The notes beneath the pieces were generated by a model. It saw nothing but the letters and a program-made list of their open reading frames with translations. It ran no database searches and was not told where the DNA came from. Position numbers and translations under genes: made by a program. DNA of 63,088 bases, the filler included, from Reticulomyxa filosa (Eukaryota; Protista; Foraminifera): NCBI GenBank assembly GCA_000512085.1. It is 23 parts of 23 records of this genome, joined end to end, with 100 filler letters (N's around TTAATTAATTAA, not from the genome) between each part and the next. Parts side by side here need not be neighbours in the genome. Positions count along the whole stretch, not along the records: positions 47,757 to 55,809 come from ASPP01006460.1; positions 55,910 to 56,975 come from ASPP01003914.1; positions 57,076 to 61,501 come from ASPP01003637.1; positions 61,602 to 63,088 come from ASPP01005948.1; 19 more parts are not named here. One strand, 5' to 3'. Shown piece by piece: positions 50,538 to 62,503 of this stretch; positions within the stretch are counted from its first letter, which is position 1, and every line of letters starts with the position of its first letter.

Positions 50538-51313
50538 AGAGAGTTCGTGGTTCATCCAGATTCTTTTTCTTTTTTTTTTCTTTCTCTCCCTGCCTCCAAA
50601 TGTTTTTTTAATTTTTGGGGCTGACTTTTAATTGAGAACACATTATTTCAAAAAAATTTTTGACATAATGAATAAGATTTTGGAATTTTGTTTGTTCCGA
50701 AGGTAAATTGGAGAGGCAAAAACAATACTCACTCTATTCTATTATTTTGTTGCCACAGTGGCAATATTTGTTTTTTCTTCACCGTTCATTCAAAATACTT
50801 TATATTTTGTTTTTTTTCAACATTATATCTAACTCAAGTTTCCTGAAAAATTTGCTTCTCTTCAAAAAGGGTGAGTTGCAATTCTTGAGACATTTAAAAA
50901 TCTTAAAATAAACAATCCCATTCTATCGTTTTTCAGTTACAAATCTCAAAAGTACTTTCCAAAAAGTCTATAAGTATTACTAAAAAACTAATGTAGGGAT
51001 ATGACGTGTATGAATGTTCTTGAAAATCTCTTATAAGTAACAAAAAAATCTGTTTATGAACTTTTTTGGTGATTATGGCTTGTGAGTGAAAATTTCTGTT
51101 TCAAAAACGAAAAAAATTTTTAAAAAGAACACGACAAAGAACACATTAAAAAAAGAAAGGAAAAAATGTAAAACAAACAAGTAAAAAAAAAAATGGGAAA
51201 AAAGGGCACTCAACTCTTAAAAAAAGTTGATGTTGTTTTTTTCATAACAAAAATACACATCCCCTGAGCATTTGTGTAGTTTTTGTTTACAAAAAAAATA
51301 ACGAGTAAATTGA

Positions 51314-51418
51314 ATCAGATGGATCTTTTTATTCTGTTTTTTTGGTTTTCTCATATGATTTTCTTACAAGATAAGAAAATCACACAAAATCCACAAAATA
51401 AAAAAGATCAACCATCAC
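51314..51418 (-). promoter_or_regulatory. Candidate non-canonical SECIS-like hairpin in the selenoprotein 3' UTR
   Basis: GUGAU (51418-51414) and UGAU (51317-51314) are in register with a 13-bp helix GGUUGAUCUUUUU/AAAAAGAUCCAUC (one mismatch). The apex is much longer than canonical and lacks the 5' AA. Confidence 0.4.
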
Positions 51419-51570
51419 AAAATGTTGCCCCCTTTTTTTTTTGAATTATTTTTTTATTATTTGTTTGTTTTTAATTTTTTCCTCTTTGCACGAAAAAGTG
51501 CGTATTTGTTGTCCAAACATAAACGCAATTTCGCGTGTCTTGCAGCGGTTTTTTTTTATTGAAGAGGAGT

Positions 51571-52020
51571 TTAGGAAAGTTTTGCAATCTCTTGTAATAA
51601 AAATTGCAAAGTCGGAAGTTGGCCCGTTTGAAGTTTGCTAAAAATTAATGTATCGTTGCAATACACTTCAAAGGCGCCAGTAGCTAACAACGACGACGAG
51701 AATGTGTTACATAAAAAAATTAAGAAGAAGGTCTGCATTTTGTTATTCTTAATGTAATCACATATGCTGCGCACGGCTTGAAATGGTACGGCATTTACAA
51801 TGTAATCAGATGCAAATATAAGGATTAACCCAACAAAAAAAACGATTTGGAGAACTTGGGCAAGTAATAATTGCATTGTTCCGGGAGGATACGTGTCGCC
51901 GACTATCGTTGCCTCAGGGTAGTATTCTTTAAGCACTTGTGCAAATTTCACAAATGCGTTCTTGTACCCTCAGCTGGTACAGAATTGGATCAGGATATGT
52001 AAAGGTGTCTCGTCCGCCAT
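51571..52020 (-). CDS. SELENOT: Selenoprotein T-like Rdx-family protein, 149 aa, Sec at codon 17
   Basis: ATG 52020 gives MADETPLHILIQFCTS-U(TGA 51972-51970)-GYKNAFVKFAQVL, continuing in frame into ORF 51571-51951 with GDTYPP, a hydrophobic segment and TGAFEV..N..LIFSKLQTGQLP. This is the CxxU-GY motif of SelT. Confidence 0.92.
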
Positions 52021-52760
52021 CCAAAGTTTTTAAATTCTCAAATCAAAACAACAATCAGCAATAATAAAGGAAAATACGAAGAAATTCAATATATCCAACT
52101 GAGTTTTCACTCCCTGTACACTTTACGATTCACGTCATTTCATTTTCTGTTTTGCAGTTGGTAAAGAAAAATAATACAACAATGCTAAAAAAAGATTAAA
52201 AATAGAATAAACAAAAATAGTGAAATAATATATGGCAACATTGAATATTTTAAGAATGAAGACACAAATTTGTATAAATTACATATATTTTTATTTTCTC
52301 TTTTAAGATACTACGATTATTATCACTTACTTTTTTCCTCTCGAATAGCGTACTGAGCACCAGAAAAGGGCTGAGGAATGTAATAATTGTACTTTAAAAA
52401 ATAATTATGATGAAACAAATAAAAGCAATAAAATGCCATTAAAAATGATTTTTTGTTTGAATACATAACAAGTTTTAAAAATAAAAGTCATACCGTATCG
52501 ATAATGTGCGATTAACTGATCAAACTTGTTTTTGCTTCTCCTATAATTTTATACAATAAATTCTTATCAAGTAATCCTTAATTTGAAGTACAATTATGAA
52601 AGTAATAATACAAAAAATATTGCTTGAAACAAAAAAACATAGTTTCTTGCATGATTGTGTCGAACACTAGAATTTTTGATATCGATTTGGTTTTTTTTTA
52701 AAAGGGAAAAAGTTAGAGCGAAAACCCTCACAAAAGCAAAAATACGAAAAGGGGGGGAAA

Positions 52761-53757
52761 CTAATATTCAGTTGGTTTGACAATCCAAACGTCACAAGGG
52801 GCATTGTGTACACAATAATCGGGAACACTTCCCAAGGCATCTACAAAGGATTTTTGCAGTTGATCTTTCACATTGTGCGCCAACCCTAAGAACATCGCAA
52901 ACAAAACAATAATTTAGCTTTATTTCTTTCCGTCCCCGTGGTAATTCAAGTGTGAACCCTTCAAAAATAAATAAATAAAAGACCTTTGCTTCCGACGACC
53001 AAACAATCCACCTTCATAGTATAGCACGCATTGACTAAGTCATGTTTCGCTGAAGGACTTTCCCCCCCCCCAACCGGTTGCAACAACATCGATCAAATTT
53101 AAAAAAGTAGACGCAATAAATAATAACAAAAATAAAATCTATATACACTTTTTTTTGGTTGTTTGTGCATTTACAAACCTTGGCTCACCGGATTTGATTT
53201 GGAAATTGACCTAAATGCAAACAAAAATAGTCAAACATTTACACAGCTTTTCTTTTGACAAAATGGCAAAACAATAAAAAAAAAAAACAAACTAACATTT
53301 GAGTTGGAATCCAATGTCTGTTGAATTTCTTTGCATTTTTCTTGAATCAAATCAAAATATTTGCCTTGTCCTCGTTGCAACTTATTTTTTAAATCCTTAA
53401 TGTCCGTAGCTGTAATACCTGGACCAAACATCATCAATTCCACTTCAACTTTTTCTGCTGATGGTGGAAAATATAATCCTATTATTTCATCGCCTTTTTG
53501 TGCTCGTCCAAATGCTCTTGTTAATGCTGCGTACCCTGTATGCATTCACGTACATATATACGTTTTCTATGGTAACTTTCAAAGGCAAACACTCGCAAAC
53601 AAAAAAAATAAAAGATTTGAATTTACACTAAACCAAAGTTGGTGCCGTCTAATCCGACCAAAAAGCGAAATGGTTTAGTGCCTGAAAAAAATCTAACATT
53701 TTTTACAAGGCGACTGTGATGACGAGATAAAAGATTCACAGTACGAAATAGAGACAT
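52761..53757 (-). CDS. Universal stress protein (UspA domain), about 6 exons
   Basis: Spliced MSLFRTKPFRFLVGLDG...AALTRA...VDCLVVGSK|GL....ALGSVPDYCVHNAPCDVWIVK*, with the USP signature G-S-x-G...GSV..Y.VH.APC.V.IVK. Confidence 0.88.
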
Positions 53758-54738
53758 TTTGATTAGATGGATTTAGATATAATTAAGGATTAAGGACAGT
53801 TTTTAATATGGATGTACGAAAAAAAAAACTTAATCAACTTTCACAATAACGAATTCTGTCATTACACATTGTTTGTTACGTTAATGAAAAAAGTTTAGCA
53901 AACAAATTTTTATTAGCAAGTCAGTTGTGTTGTATTCACAATTATTACTCACACAAGCTTTGACACTGTCTTATTTGCTGTTACATAACTCAACAAATAC
54001 TTTTTTTGTTGAAGAGAAATTATTATATATTTTTTGTTAAACAAACACTTTTAAAAGGTTAAGAGTAATTTTATTTTCACACAAAATTTTCGTTGTAAAA
54101 ATTTTCAAAAAAAGTGTTTTGGATGTTCATATAAATGGCACTTATGTTTATTTAATTATCTTTTTCAAAATTTTTTTTGCAAATTGAAAAAAAAAATGTT
54201 AATTAGAAAATAGAACAATATTTAAATTACAAAAGAATATAATTTTGAATTTCATAATAAAAATTAAATTTATCAAATCATATTTTCTTGTGCATTATTA
54301 TATTGTAAAACGATAATCCAATTTTTTAAAAAATTCAAATAAATACATGGACTGCACAAAAAAAAGAACATGCACAACACTTTTTAAAATTTTTTTAAAA
54401 GACAACGTCCGCATTAAACATTACTTATCGATTCTACTTATACAAAATTGATTAGAAATGTCCAAATCACATTAAATATTACGGACACAGCGAAAATAGA
54501 TTCGAAAAAAAAAGATGTATGTGATATTATTGTCCAGTAAATTCAAACTTTTTAAAATTTTTATCAAAGAGAAATGATCTGCTTTGAAAATTGAAAATGT
54601 TCAAAGTCCTTGCAAGAGATCGAATAAAAAAAAAGAAATCAATGCATAACTATGTTACATATATGAAACGAATTAATTTAAATAACTCCCAATTATTAAA
54701 AGAAAAAGGAAAAAAAAGAGTGAAGTTTGTGAAATGAA

Positions 54739-55560
54739 TCATTTGTCTTTCTGTTGAAAAAAACGGTTGACTCTGTGAAAGGCATTTGGAGACAAGAACA
54801 TTGGGTTGTGATTATCATCATTGTTATGGCTGTCATTGTGGCTATCATTGTGGTCATTTAATGGCAAATGGTCGTTGTTAACAGATAAATGTAGAATGTG
54901 TTGATTTTGTTGATCAAGATGATCCAAATAAATATTGGTCATCATACCCATTTGCTGTTGTAACTGTTTCATTCGTTTCGAAGAAAGGATCTATATGTAT
55001 GAGCAATGTAATTGATTGCATTGTACTCACAAATGAATCAATTAAACAAATAAATAAATAACATATATATGTACATATATATGTTATTTATTTATTTGTT
55101 GTTTGTGTTATTAACTCGATCATTTTCTAAACATTGAACATACGAATTAATGTGAGATAAAGCGGCTTGATAATTTTGAATTTGAATATGAGCATCGTTC
55201 AATTGCCGTTCCAGTTCAGATATTTTTGCATCTGCTTCGGCATCCGAATTGATGTTGGCATTTGTGTTAGCATGTTTGTTGCCATCACCATCGATATTGG
55301 TTGGCGTTGTTTCTTGTTTCTTTGTAATTTCAACATGCAAACAACACAAACTAAAAATAAATAAATAAAAAAGCAAAGACAAAATTAAATAAAAACTTTA
55401 TTTGAATCGAATAAGCGTTTTGGCAAAATATTGTGTTCGTTGTGATGGCTCTGAATTTTGGAATGAGAGAGCCGTTTTGTGTTGGGATTGGATATGGGCG
55501 TGACACGAGCCAATTGCACTGGAACATATCTTTCAGGCGGTGATTTATGTTCATTTTCAA
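54739..55560 (-). CDS. Hypothetical multi-exon protein with short coiled coil
   Basis: Exon-like segments (AKISELERQLNDAHIQIQNYQAAL; MKQLQQQMG...) separated by AT-rich intron-like DNA. Confidence 0.4.
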
Positions 55561-56063
55561 AATGGTTGTCGTGTTCTTGTCTTTGTTGTGTTTTTTCGTC
55601 TCTGTTTTTTTGTGTTTTTTTTTTTTTGCATTATTTGATTAGCTTTGCTTATGATGCATATGGTTTTTGTACAAAGAAACAAGACCTTGCGAGGATATAA
55701 ACGTCGTTTGAAATTGTAATAAATCGTCATGCATACAATCTGCAATTTTGCCCAGCATTTTGTGATAATTTTGCATACTCTTAAAAAAGTGATTATTTTC
55801 ATTATTATTNNNNNNNNNNNNNNNNNNNNNNNNNNNNNNNNNNNNNNNNNNNNTTAATTAATTAANNNNNNNNNNNNNNNNNNNNNNNNNNNNNNNNNNN
55901 NNNNNNNNNATACATAAATTAATCTCATTACATAAATCAATCTAGTATTTACTATTTCACAGTCAAAACATGTTCAACTAATAAAGTCTCCTTTTTTTTG
56001 TTAAACAAATTTCAAACTTGATTTGCAATATCTTCGTTATAATTTTTTACAAAAACAACAGCA

Positions 56064-56650
56064 ATGGCACAAGCAGCAACAACTATGAGTTTTGTATTAC
56101 TTTCTATTTGTAATTTTACTGAACACACAACACAAAATCATAAAAACATACAGAATTGGGAGAACTACTGAAACAAACAGTAGAAAGAAATGATGTATTT
56201 AGTAAGGGAGTTAATGAGCTGGCTTATAGGATGGAGTCAGTCAGTTTATCAAAGAACAATCGCAATTCTAAAATTGCAAAAAATTGTTTAAAGATTTTAT
56301 TTGTGGATGAGAAAAAATGGAATCAGTCTGATGACTGCGCTGATGACGAAATAACAGGTAATAATATAATAGAATTACCTATAATATTAGCTAATCTATG
56401 GAAAAGCATAGTAAATGATATTGAAAAAGAAGGGAAAAATGCTAATATTATAAGAGCATCAAATGCTATTTTGGAGGCTATATTAAATAGAAATGTTTAT
56501 TCTGGATTTAATTGCACATTATCTGGTGCAAAATCGCACATTAATAAAAATAAATATTTTACTGTATTTCCGGATATGATAATGTCACTAAGTAACATAA
56601 CATGTCGTAAATCAGAACTGAATACTAAAATATACAAGCAAACTCGATAA
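56064..56650 (+). CDS. Hypothetical protein
   Basis: 164-aa ORF 56156-56650, with a possible short first exon MAQAATT at 56064. Confidence 0.4.
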
Positions 56651-57340
56651 AAATAAAAATGTGTTGTACTGAACTGAAAGATCCTTTTAAATTAGAAAAT
56701 ATTTTATTAGAAATTAAATGAAAATTTAAAAATATTTATTTTGAAAAAATATTTTGTGTGTGTTTATATTTTTTGTAAACTGGTCCATTTATTATTTACA
56801 AGTATGAAAATTTGTTCATCTTCGGGATCAAGACGAAATTTTGTCTAAGTATTATACCAAAAATCAGTTTTCAATATTTTGTACTATTCACAAATTTTTT
56901 GTAAATAGTTCAATGTAATTTCTGTAAGTCATGTCTATTTTCATAACATGAAATCACACTATAAAAATAAAAGCANNNNNNNNNNNNNNNNNNNNNNNNN
57001 NNNNNNNNNNNNNNNNNNNTTAATTAATTAANNNNNNNNNNNNNNNNNNNNNNNNNNNNNNNNNNNNNNNNNNNNTCTTTCGTTTTATGAAATCACTATT
57101 CTCTTCTTAGTAAACACCTTTCGTATTACAGTTAGTGTACCACTACTATCAGCAGCGTCCCACACAAGAATAAAGATATTGTAAAACATCTTTCAATGAG
57201 AAAATTGGTCGATAAAAATGGGAAGGGAGCGTAGTGGACGCTTTAAAAATTTAATTTAGACTAGAATTTATTGACCATTTACAAAAGATTTATCAATTAC
57301 AAATTCAAAAAAACAAAGACATTATTTTTCTAACTGAGAG

Positions 57341-57974
57341 ATGAAAGCTCTCCACAAACATTTGACCACTAATCCATTGGTCAAAACCTTGCATGCACTT
57401 GCACTTCCGGTAACTGTGCGTTACACATCACGACCAAACGTAGCGTATCAAACTTCAATTCAAAACGAGCACGCTACAGTCGAGGGCGGAGATGCAAAGA
57501 AAAAATCCCCGAGATCGCCAATTCCAACAGGTATCGTGTGAAAGCCGCATAATAGGAGGCAAGGATAGTAGAGGGGAGAGATGATAGAGAAAAGGAAAAG
57601 AAAAAGAGAAAAGGGGGGAAAAAGGGGTCCAAGTTTTTTTTTTAAAAAAAAACAGTAACAAAAACAACAATAATAACAATTGATTTGACAATGTCGATCG
57701 TGGAAAAACAAGGACCACAAGCCAGGATATTTAGCGCCAGATGATGTAAAGAATCCATTTGCAGGGAAAGGACTTCCATTCAGCAAGCGAATGTATTTGA
57801 AAACAACATGGAAGAACAATTGGCAGAAGGGAAATACTGGGCCAAAAACTTGGATCGATTCGGACAGTACGCGGATTTTTACTTAATTAAAAGGGGATGT
57901 GGTTACTACGATTTGTACAAACTTATGGTTTCAAAAGGCCACACGAGAGCATATTACCACAAGCCATCACAATA
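57341..57974 (+). CDS. Hypothetical small protein with mitochondrial-presequence-like N-terminus (intron, frameshifts)
   Basis: MKALHKHLTTNPLVKTLHALALPVTVRY has no acidic residues. GT-AG intron at about 57531-57712; the downstream frame needs corrections. Confidence 0.3.
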
Positions 57975-58410
57975 GCAACAAAAGAAATTTCATGCATACA
58001 CATACATATAAATATATATATTTGTTTATATTTATATAACAAGATATAGATTGCTTTGTTTCCATTTGTTGTTTATAATAATCAGTAGTTAAACTAATTA
58101 CGATTCAAAGAGATGCAATCACAAAAGCTAGCAATGATAAAAACAAGTTACAACTAACTAATCTTTTTGGTACTACCCATTAAGGTAGTTAAAAACATAA
58201 TTATGGTCCTGGTCCCTTACCCTATATAAAATTTCATGAACCACACTTTTTTTTTTGTTAATAATTTAAAACAGACCAAAGTCGAATCGATTTAAGTGCG
58301 TATTATCAAATCCACGTGTCAAATCATTTGCAATTTAATGCTTGCCGAAGTGTGAAGGCTTCAAATACAACTGGAAGTAGTAATAACAATTCACCTGGAA
58401 GGAAACGCCA

Positions 58411-59223
58411 ATGAACGATGAGGAAAAACTTGACTCGATAATCGATGTGAGCAAATTATCTTGCGAGGAAATGGTGAGGGCATTGATATCAGGTCCTCCA
58501 AACAATCTGGAGAATGGCAAAGACTATCTTCTGATCGATAAAAATAACACAAAGATCGAACTGAAAGCGGAAGAATGGAATGAGTACAAGTATGGCATTT
58601 ACTTGATCGGAAAAAATATTGAGGTTACATGTGCAACTTCGAAGGAAGGCTTTGGCCACTTGAGAATTCGCTGCAGTCATTTACTCTTGGCTAATGATAC
58701 ATGTGTCATTCATTGCAACGGATTAGGCTTCCGGTCCATGAAAGGACCAGGACATGGCAAGTTGGGTACCGGTGCTGGATATGGCTCCCAAGGTGCCAAC
58801 AAACAAGGAGGCAAGATTTACGGAGATGAAACACTGCTAAAAGAAATACATTTTGGAAGTGGAGGTGGAGTCCCCATGGTTGGAACTGGAGGAGGAAGTG
58901 GAGGGGGTATAATCGAACTTGTGATTGCACAACATCTTGTTAATAATGGCATCATCCAATGTAATGGTCTTGATGGAAATGATTATCCCACTGGTGGAGG
59001 CAGTGGTGGTGGAAGTGGAGGCTCCGTTCTTATTAAATTTGTCAGTACCAAAAACGATAAAAAACATATATTAGGCCAAATTCAATGCTTAGGTGGAAAT
59101 CAAAGCACCTCTTGGCGTGAGGGAGGCCTTGGAAGGATTGCTATTTATGGCTACGATTTTGAAGCCAAAGATTTGGAAAAAATTGTGCCTTTTCCTTATC
59201 ACAAATCTTTTATTATTAATTAA
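58411..59223 (+). CDS. Glycine-rich repeat protein (GSGGG-IIEL family)
   Basis: 270-aa ORF with GAGYG, HFGSGGG, GGSGGGIIEL, GGGSGGSVLI and GGLGRIAI repeats. Confidence 0.75.
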   Translation: MNDEEKLDSIIDVSKLSCEEMVRALISGPPNNLENGKDYLLIDKNNTKIELKAEEWNEYKYGIYLIGKNIEVTCATSKEGFGHLRIRCSHLLLANDTCVIHCNGLGFRSMKGPGHGKLGTGAGYGSQGANKQGGKIYGDETLLKEIHFGSGGGVPMVGTGGGSGGGIIELVIAQHLVNNGIIQCNGLDGNDYPTGGGSGGGSGGSVLIKFVSTKNDKKHILGQIQCLGGNQSTSWREGGLGRIAIYGYDFEAKDLEKIVPFPYHKSFIIN

Positions 59224-59751
59224 ACTAATTTTTCTCTACTCCGTTTCGACTTGGGGGAGGGGGGAGGGAAAAGGACTCCATTTTTTAATTGTTCCCGTCT
59301 CTTTTGTCCCTCTTTTTTTTTTTTTTGATTTTTGGTCATGAGAATCAACTATACTATTTCAGTCTTTTTCCAAAATCTAATAATTGTTATCTTATGCATA
59401 TGAATTTTGTCCAAAGTAAGAAATATACAGTAGGTTGCAAAGAAAACTGTATTGACTTGTTGGCTGTCGCTCTTTTTACTTGCATCTATCAAGGTTCTAT
59501 TAGTCATACCTTGTTAATTGATATCAAGTGTTATTATGCTCATGACTGTGGTCATGATGCGTAGTTAGTTTATTGTGTCATGTTGGAGTTTTCTTGTTGT
59601 GTTTTTCGTTATATACCAAAAACGCTTTAAACCAAATGTCAATGCGATTGTTTACGATAATTTTTTAAAAAATGAACAAAGGTGGGATTGAATCAACACA
59701 ACATTTCAGTAACACACTACACAAATTCATTGATTGTGCCTACTTTTTTTT

Positions 59752-60636
59752 TTACAGAGGTTCCCACAGTCGAATTGTTTTATCTGTAAAAGATGACGCG
59801 ATTGTATGGCCATTGGTAGATATATCCACACCTGTTGCGTCGCCAGGAGGTCCTTTCAAAACTTGTATTTGTGCTCCTGTTTTTACATCCCACAATCGAA
59901 TTGCCTTATCACACGACACAAGAGTTTCGCCATTTGGAAAAAATTTCACATTGAGTATGGCACCCAAATGCACATCAAATTTTTTTACTTGTTGCCCTGA
60001 TATTACATTCCATATTCGTATTGTAGCATCTGTCGAGCAAGAAACAATAAACTGATCATCTGGCGAAAATTGTGCTATCATCACACCAGATGAATGTCCA
60101 TTGAATTGGCTCTTTCTTTCACCAGATTGGATATCCCAAATTCCAATTATTTTGTCATCGGATGATGAAACAACTATTTGGCCATTTGATGAAAATTGTA
60201 AATCATTTATTATTTCAAAATGGCCAGTTAATCTTTTTATCTCTTGCATTGACCCAATGTCCTACAACCGAATTGTACTATCCCATGAACATGATGCAAT
60301 AATTTTTCCATTTGGTGAAAATTGAGATCTTGCTACACAACCCAAATGCCCTACTAATTTTCCTATTTCTATCCAATTTTTTGTGTCCCACAGTCGAATT
60401 GTTTTGTCACTTGCACACGACGCAATCATATGACTATCTGGTGAAAATTACAAATCAGTCATCCTATACAAATATCATTCTAATACTTGAAATTTCTTTT
60501 CTAATTTAATATCCCATACATAAACTGTCGCATCGGCAAACGATGAAACAACCGTGGTACCATCAGGCGAAAATTGTATGGTTTGTGCATAATGAGAATA
60601 CCATTGGAAGACTTTGGATGGCTTGAAATACTTCAT
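59752..60636 (-). pseudogene. WD40-repeat pseudogene
   Basis: Continuous frame of GH...FSPDG...D.TIRLWD repeats with in-frame TGA (60477), TAA (60450) and TAG (60264) at Gly, Gln and Trp positions. Confidence 0.85.
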
Positions 60637-60871
60637 CTATTTTTGTGTTTGGTTTAATTTATTAAACATAGAAAATCTATGCAGCTATAATATACCATGA
60701 TATATCGCAAAATGATAATGTTAAAGTCATTAATCCAGACTATCTTACCTAAAAATGAACGAAGCCAATGCATAACTATCATCTCAATATCTTTTTTTTT
60801 CTATGTTTTGTTTGCACAATCAAATTTCTTTAGCTCACTTGCATTTGTTTTCAAATTAAATAAGAAAACGA

Positions 60872-61501
60872 TTAAACTTGCAAGTTTTTTATATCAACAC
60901 CATCACCCATTTTTTCTATATCTTTCTTCATTGCTGCAATTACTATTATATCATTTTCTTCTATTATCCACTGTTTTTCACTTGCTGTCTCTTCTTTCAT
61001 CCATTCTTCCACTTTTGTCTTTATATGCATTACCAGTGTGCTCTTGCCATCATTGCCGCCAAGGATATGTATGTACTTGCTGTCTTCACTCAATATTCCA
61101 ACAAATCTATTCAATGCAATAGGCAGAGCATTGTCAAATTTCATCCATTGATTTTTATTCATTGAATATTTATATACTGTATTTTTAAGTTTCGCATTAT
61201 CTTCCAGTCCACAAAAAAATAATAGAATATCATCGATGTACACGTGAGCATAGAATTTGAAGGATATCATTGTGGTATAAATCCATAATTTAGTAAAGTG
61301 AAATGTATTATTGTTCTCATCATATTCAATTGATAGTTTCGTTTTGTCACAAAATAAAATCATTTTATTCCTTTTTTTATTTGCACTTGCCTTCATTGTT
61401 ATTAATCCATTTCCCATTTTTGACACAAAACAATGATCCCAAATCTTAGAGCCATGGACAACCGGTATGATGTCATGCTTCACATATTGGTGCTTATGTA
61501 G
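60872..61501 (-). CDS. Kelch-like repeat protein fragment
   Basis: HCFVS, YAHVYIDDILLFFCG, VYKYS...NQWMKF...LP and YIHILGG. Confidence 0.7.
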   Translation of the reverse strand, partial: LHKHQYVKHDIIPVVHGSKIWDHCFVSKMGNGLITMKASANKKRNKMILFCDKTKLSIEYDENNNTFHFTKLWIYTTMISFKFYAHVYIDDILLFFCGLEDNAKLKNTVYKYSMNKNQWMKFDNALPIALNRFVGILSEDSKYIHILGGNDGKSTLVMHIKTKVEEWMKEETASEKQWIIEENDIIVIAAMKKDIEKMGDGVDIKNLQV

Positions 61502-62503
61502 NNNNNNNNNNNNNNNNNNNNNNNNNNNNNNNNNNNNNNNNNNNNTTAATTAATTAANNNNNNNNNNNNNNNNNNNNNNNNNNNNNNNNNNNNNNNNNNN
61601 NAAATATATATCACAAGAATTTTACAAATAGTCATTCAAATCTTTAATTTTTTCTTTAAAATTACAATTCACGTAATTTGTTTCTTTTTGTACAAATTGT
61701 ATTGGAAATGTCAAACACAATTTACAATTATTGTTTCGTCGATCGACTTTGATCGTACAAGTAGTTCTCATGACGTTAAACTGTACAAAACTGTTGGTTT
61801 TTACAAAAAAACTGTTTCAATCAATTATATCAAATGATCAGTGTTTTTATGTTGACTTCTTTTTATGTATATGAATTGACAGAGTTTTTTTTAGTTTAAT
61901 AAACTATATCATAACCCTTTTGCGAACAAAAATTACTTCTTATGTCGAATATCATAATAACTGCTTGTATTATCAAACCAGTAGATCATTACAAATTGAG
62001 ACTTAAAAGTTATATTTGCACATTATTTTGTAATTATTTTTTATTTTGCAATTATTAATTTTGTGTTAAGTTTTTGTCTCAATCTTGTTCAATTAACATA
62101 TTTTTGCTTTTAGAGATGATTTTTTTAGCATAAAAACGATTTCTTTTTTGGGGAAGTTATATTTGCTCTGGTAAGGTTAACCATAAATAGTAAGTTTAAA
62201 AGTGTCAATTAGTCATTTTGTAATAAAAAAAAGATTTAATGTTTTCAAACGAATACGAGATTCAAACAGGCAAACACCGTTGATTGATTTAAAATGTTGA
62301 TCCAAATTGCAGATGAACAATCAAATATGTAGTTAATCCAAAAAACAATCACTCTTCACATGCCGCAAGTTAAAAAAAAAGTTGTTTTTTGAATTTATGT
62401 AACTCAAAGCGACCACAAATTATTTCAATTACGACAAAAAAAAAAAAGAAATAAAAAAACGAGCTCATTTGCAAAACAAAAATCTGTACAGTAAACATGA
62501 GTG

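Noticed and set aside
50992-51000. TGTAGGG as a third LTR copy
   Set aside because: Only 7 bp match, with no downstream similarity to the LTR.
59752-60636. Alternative genetic code suggested by in-frame stops in a WD40 gene
   Set aside because: All three stop types occur, each one substitution from the expected codon, and intact genes here terminate with TAA/TAG. A pseudogene is the simpler explanation.
1353-61601. Recurring TTAATTAATTAA flanked by N runs as a repeat array or CRISPR
   Set aside because: Artificial contig linker. ORFs ending in XXX-LIN are artefacts, and gene neighbourhoods across linkers are meaningless.
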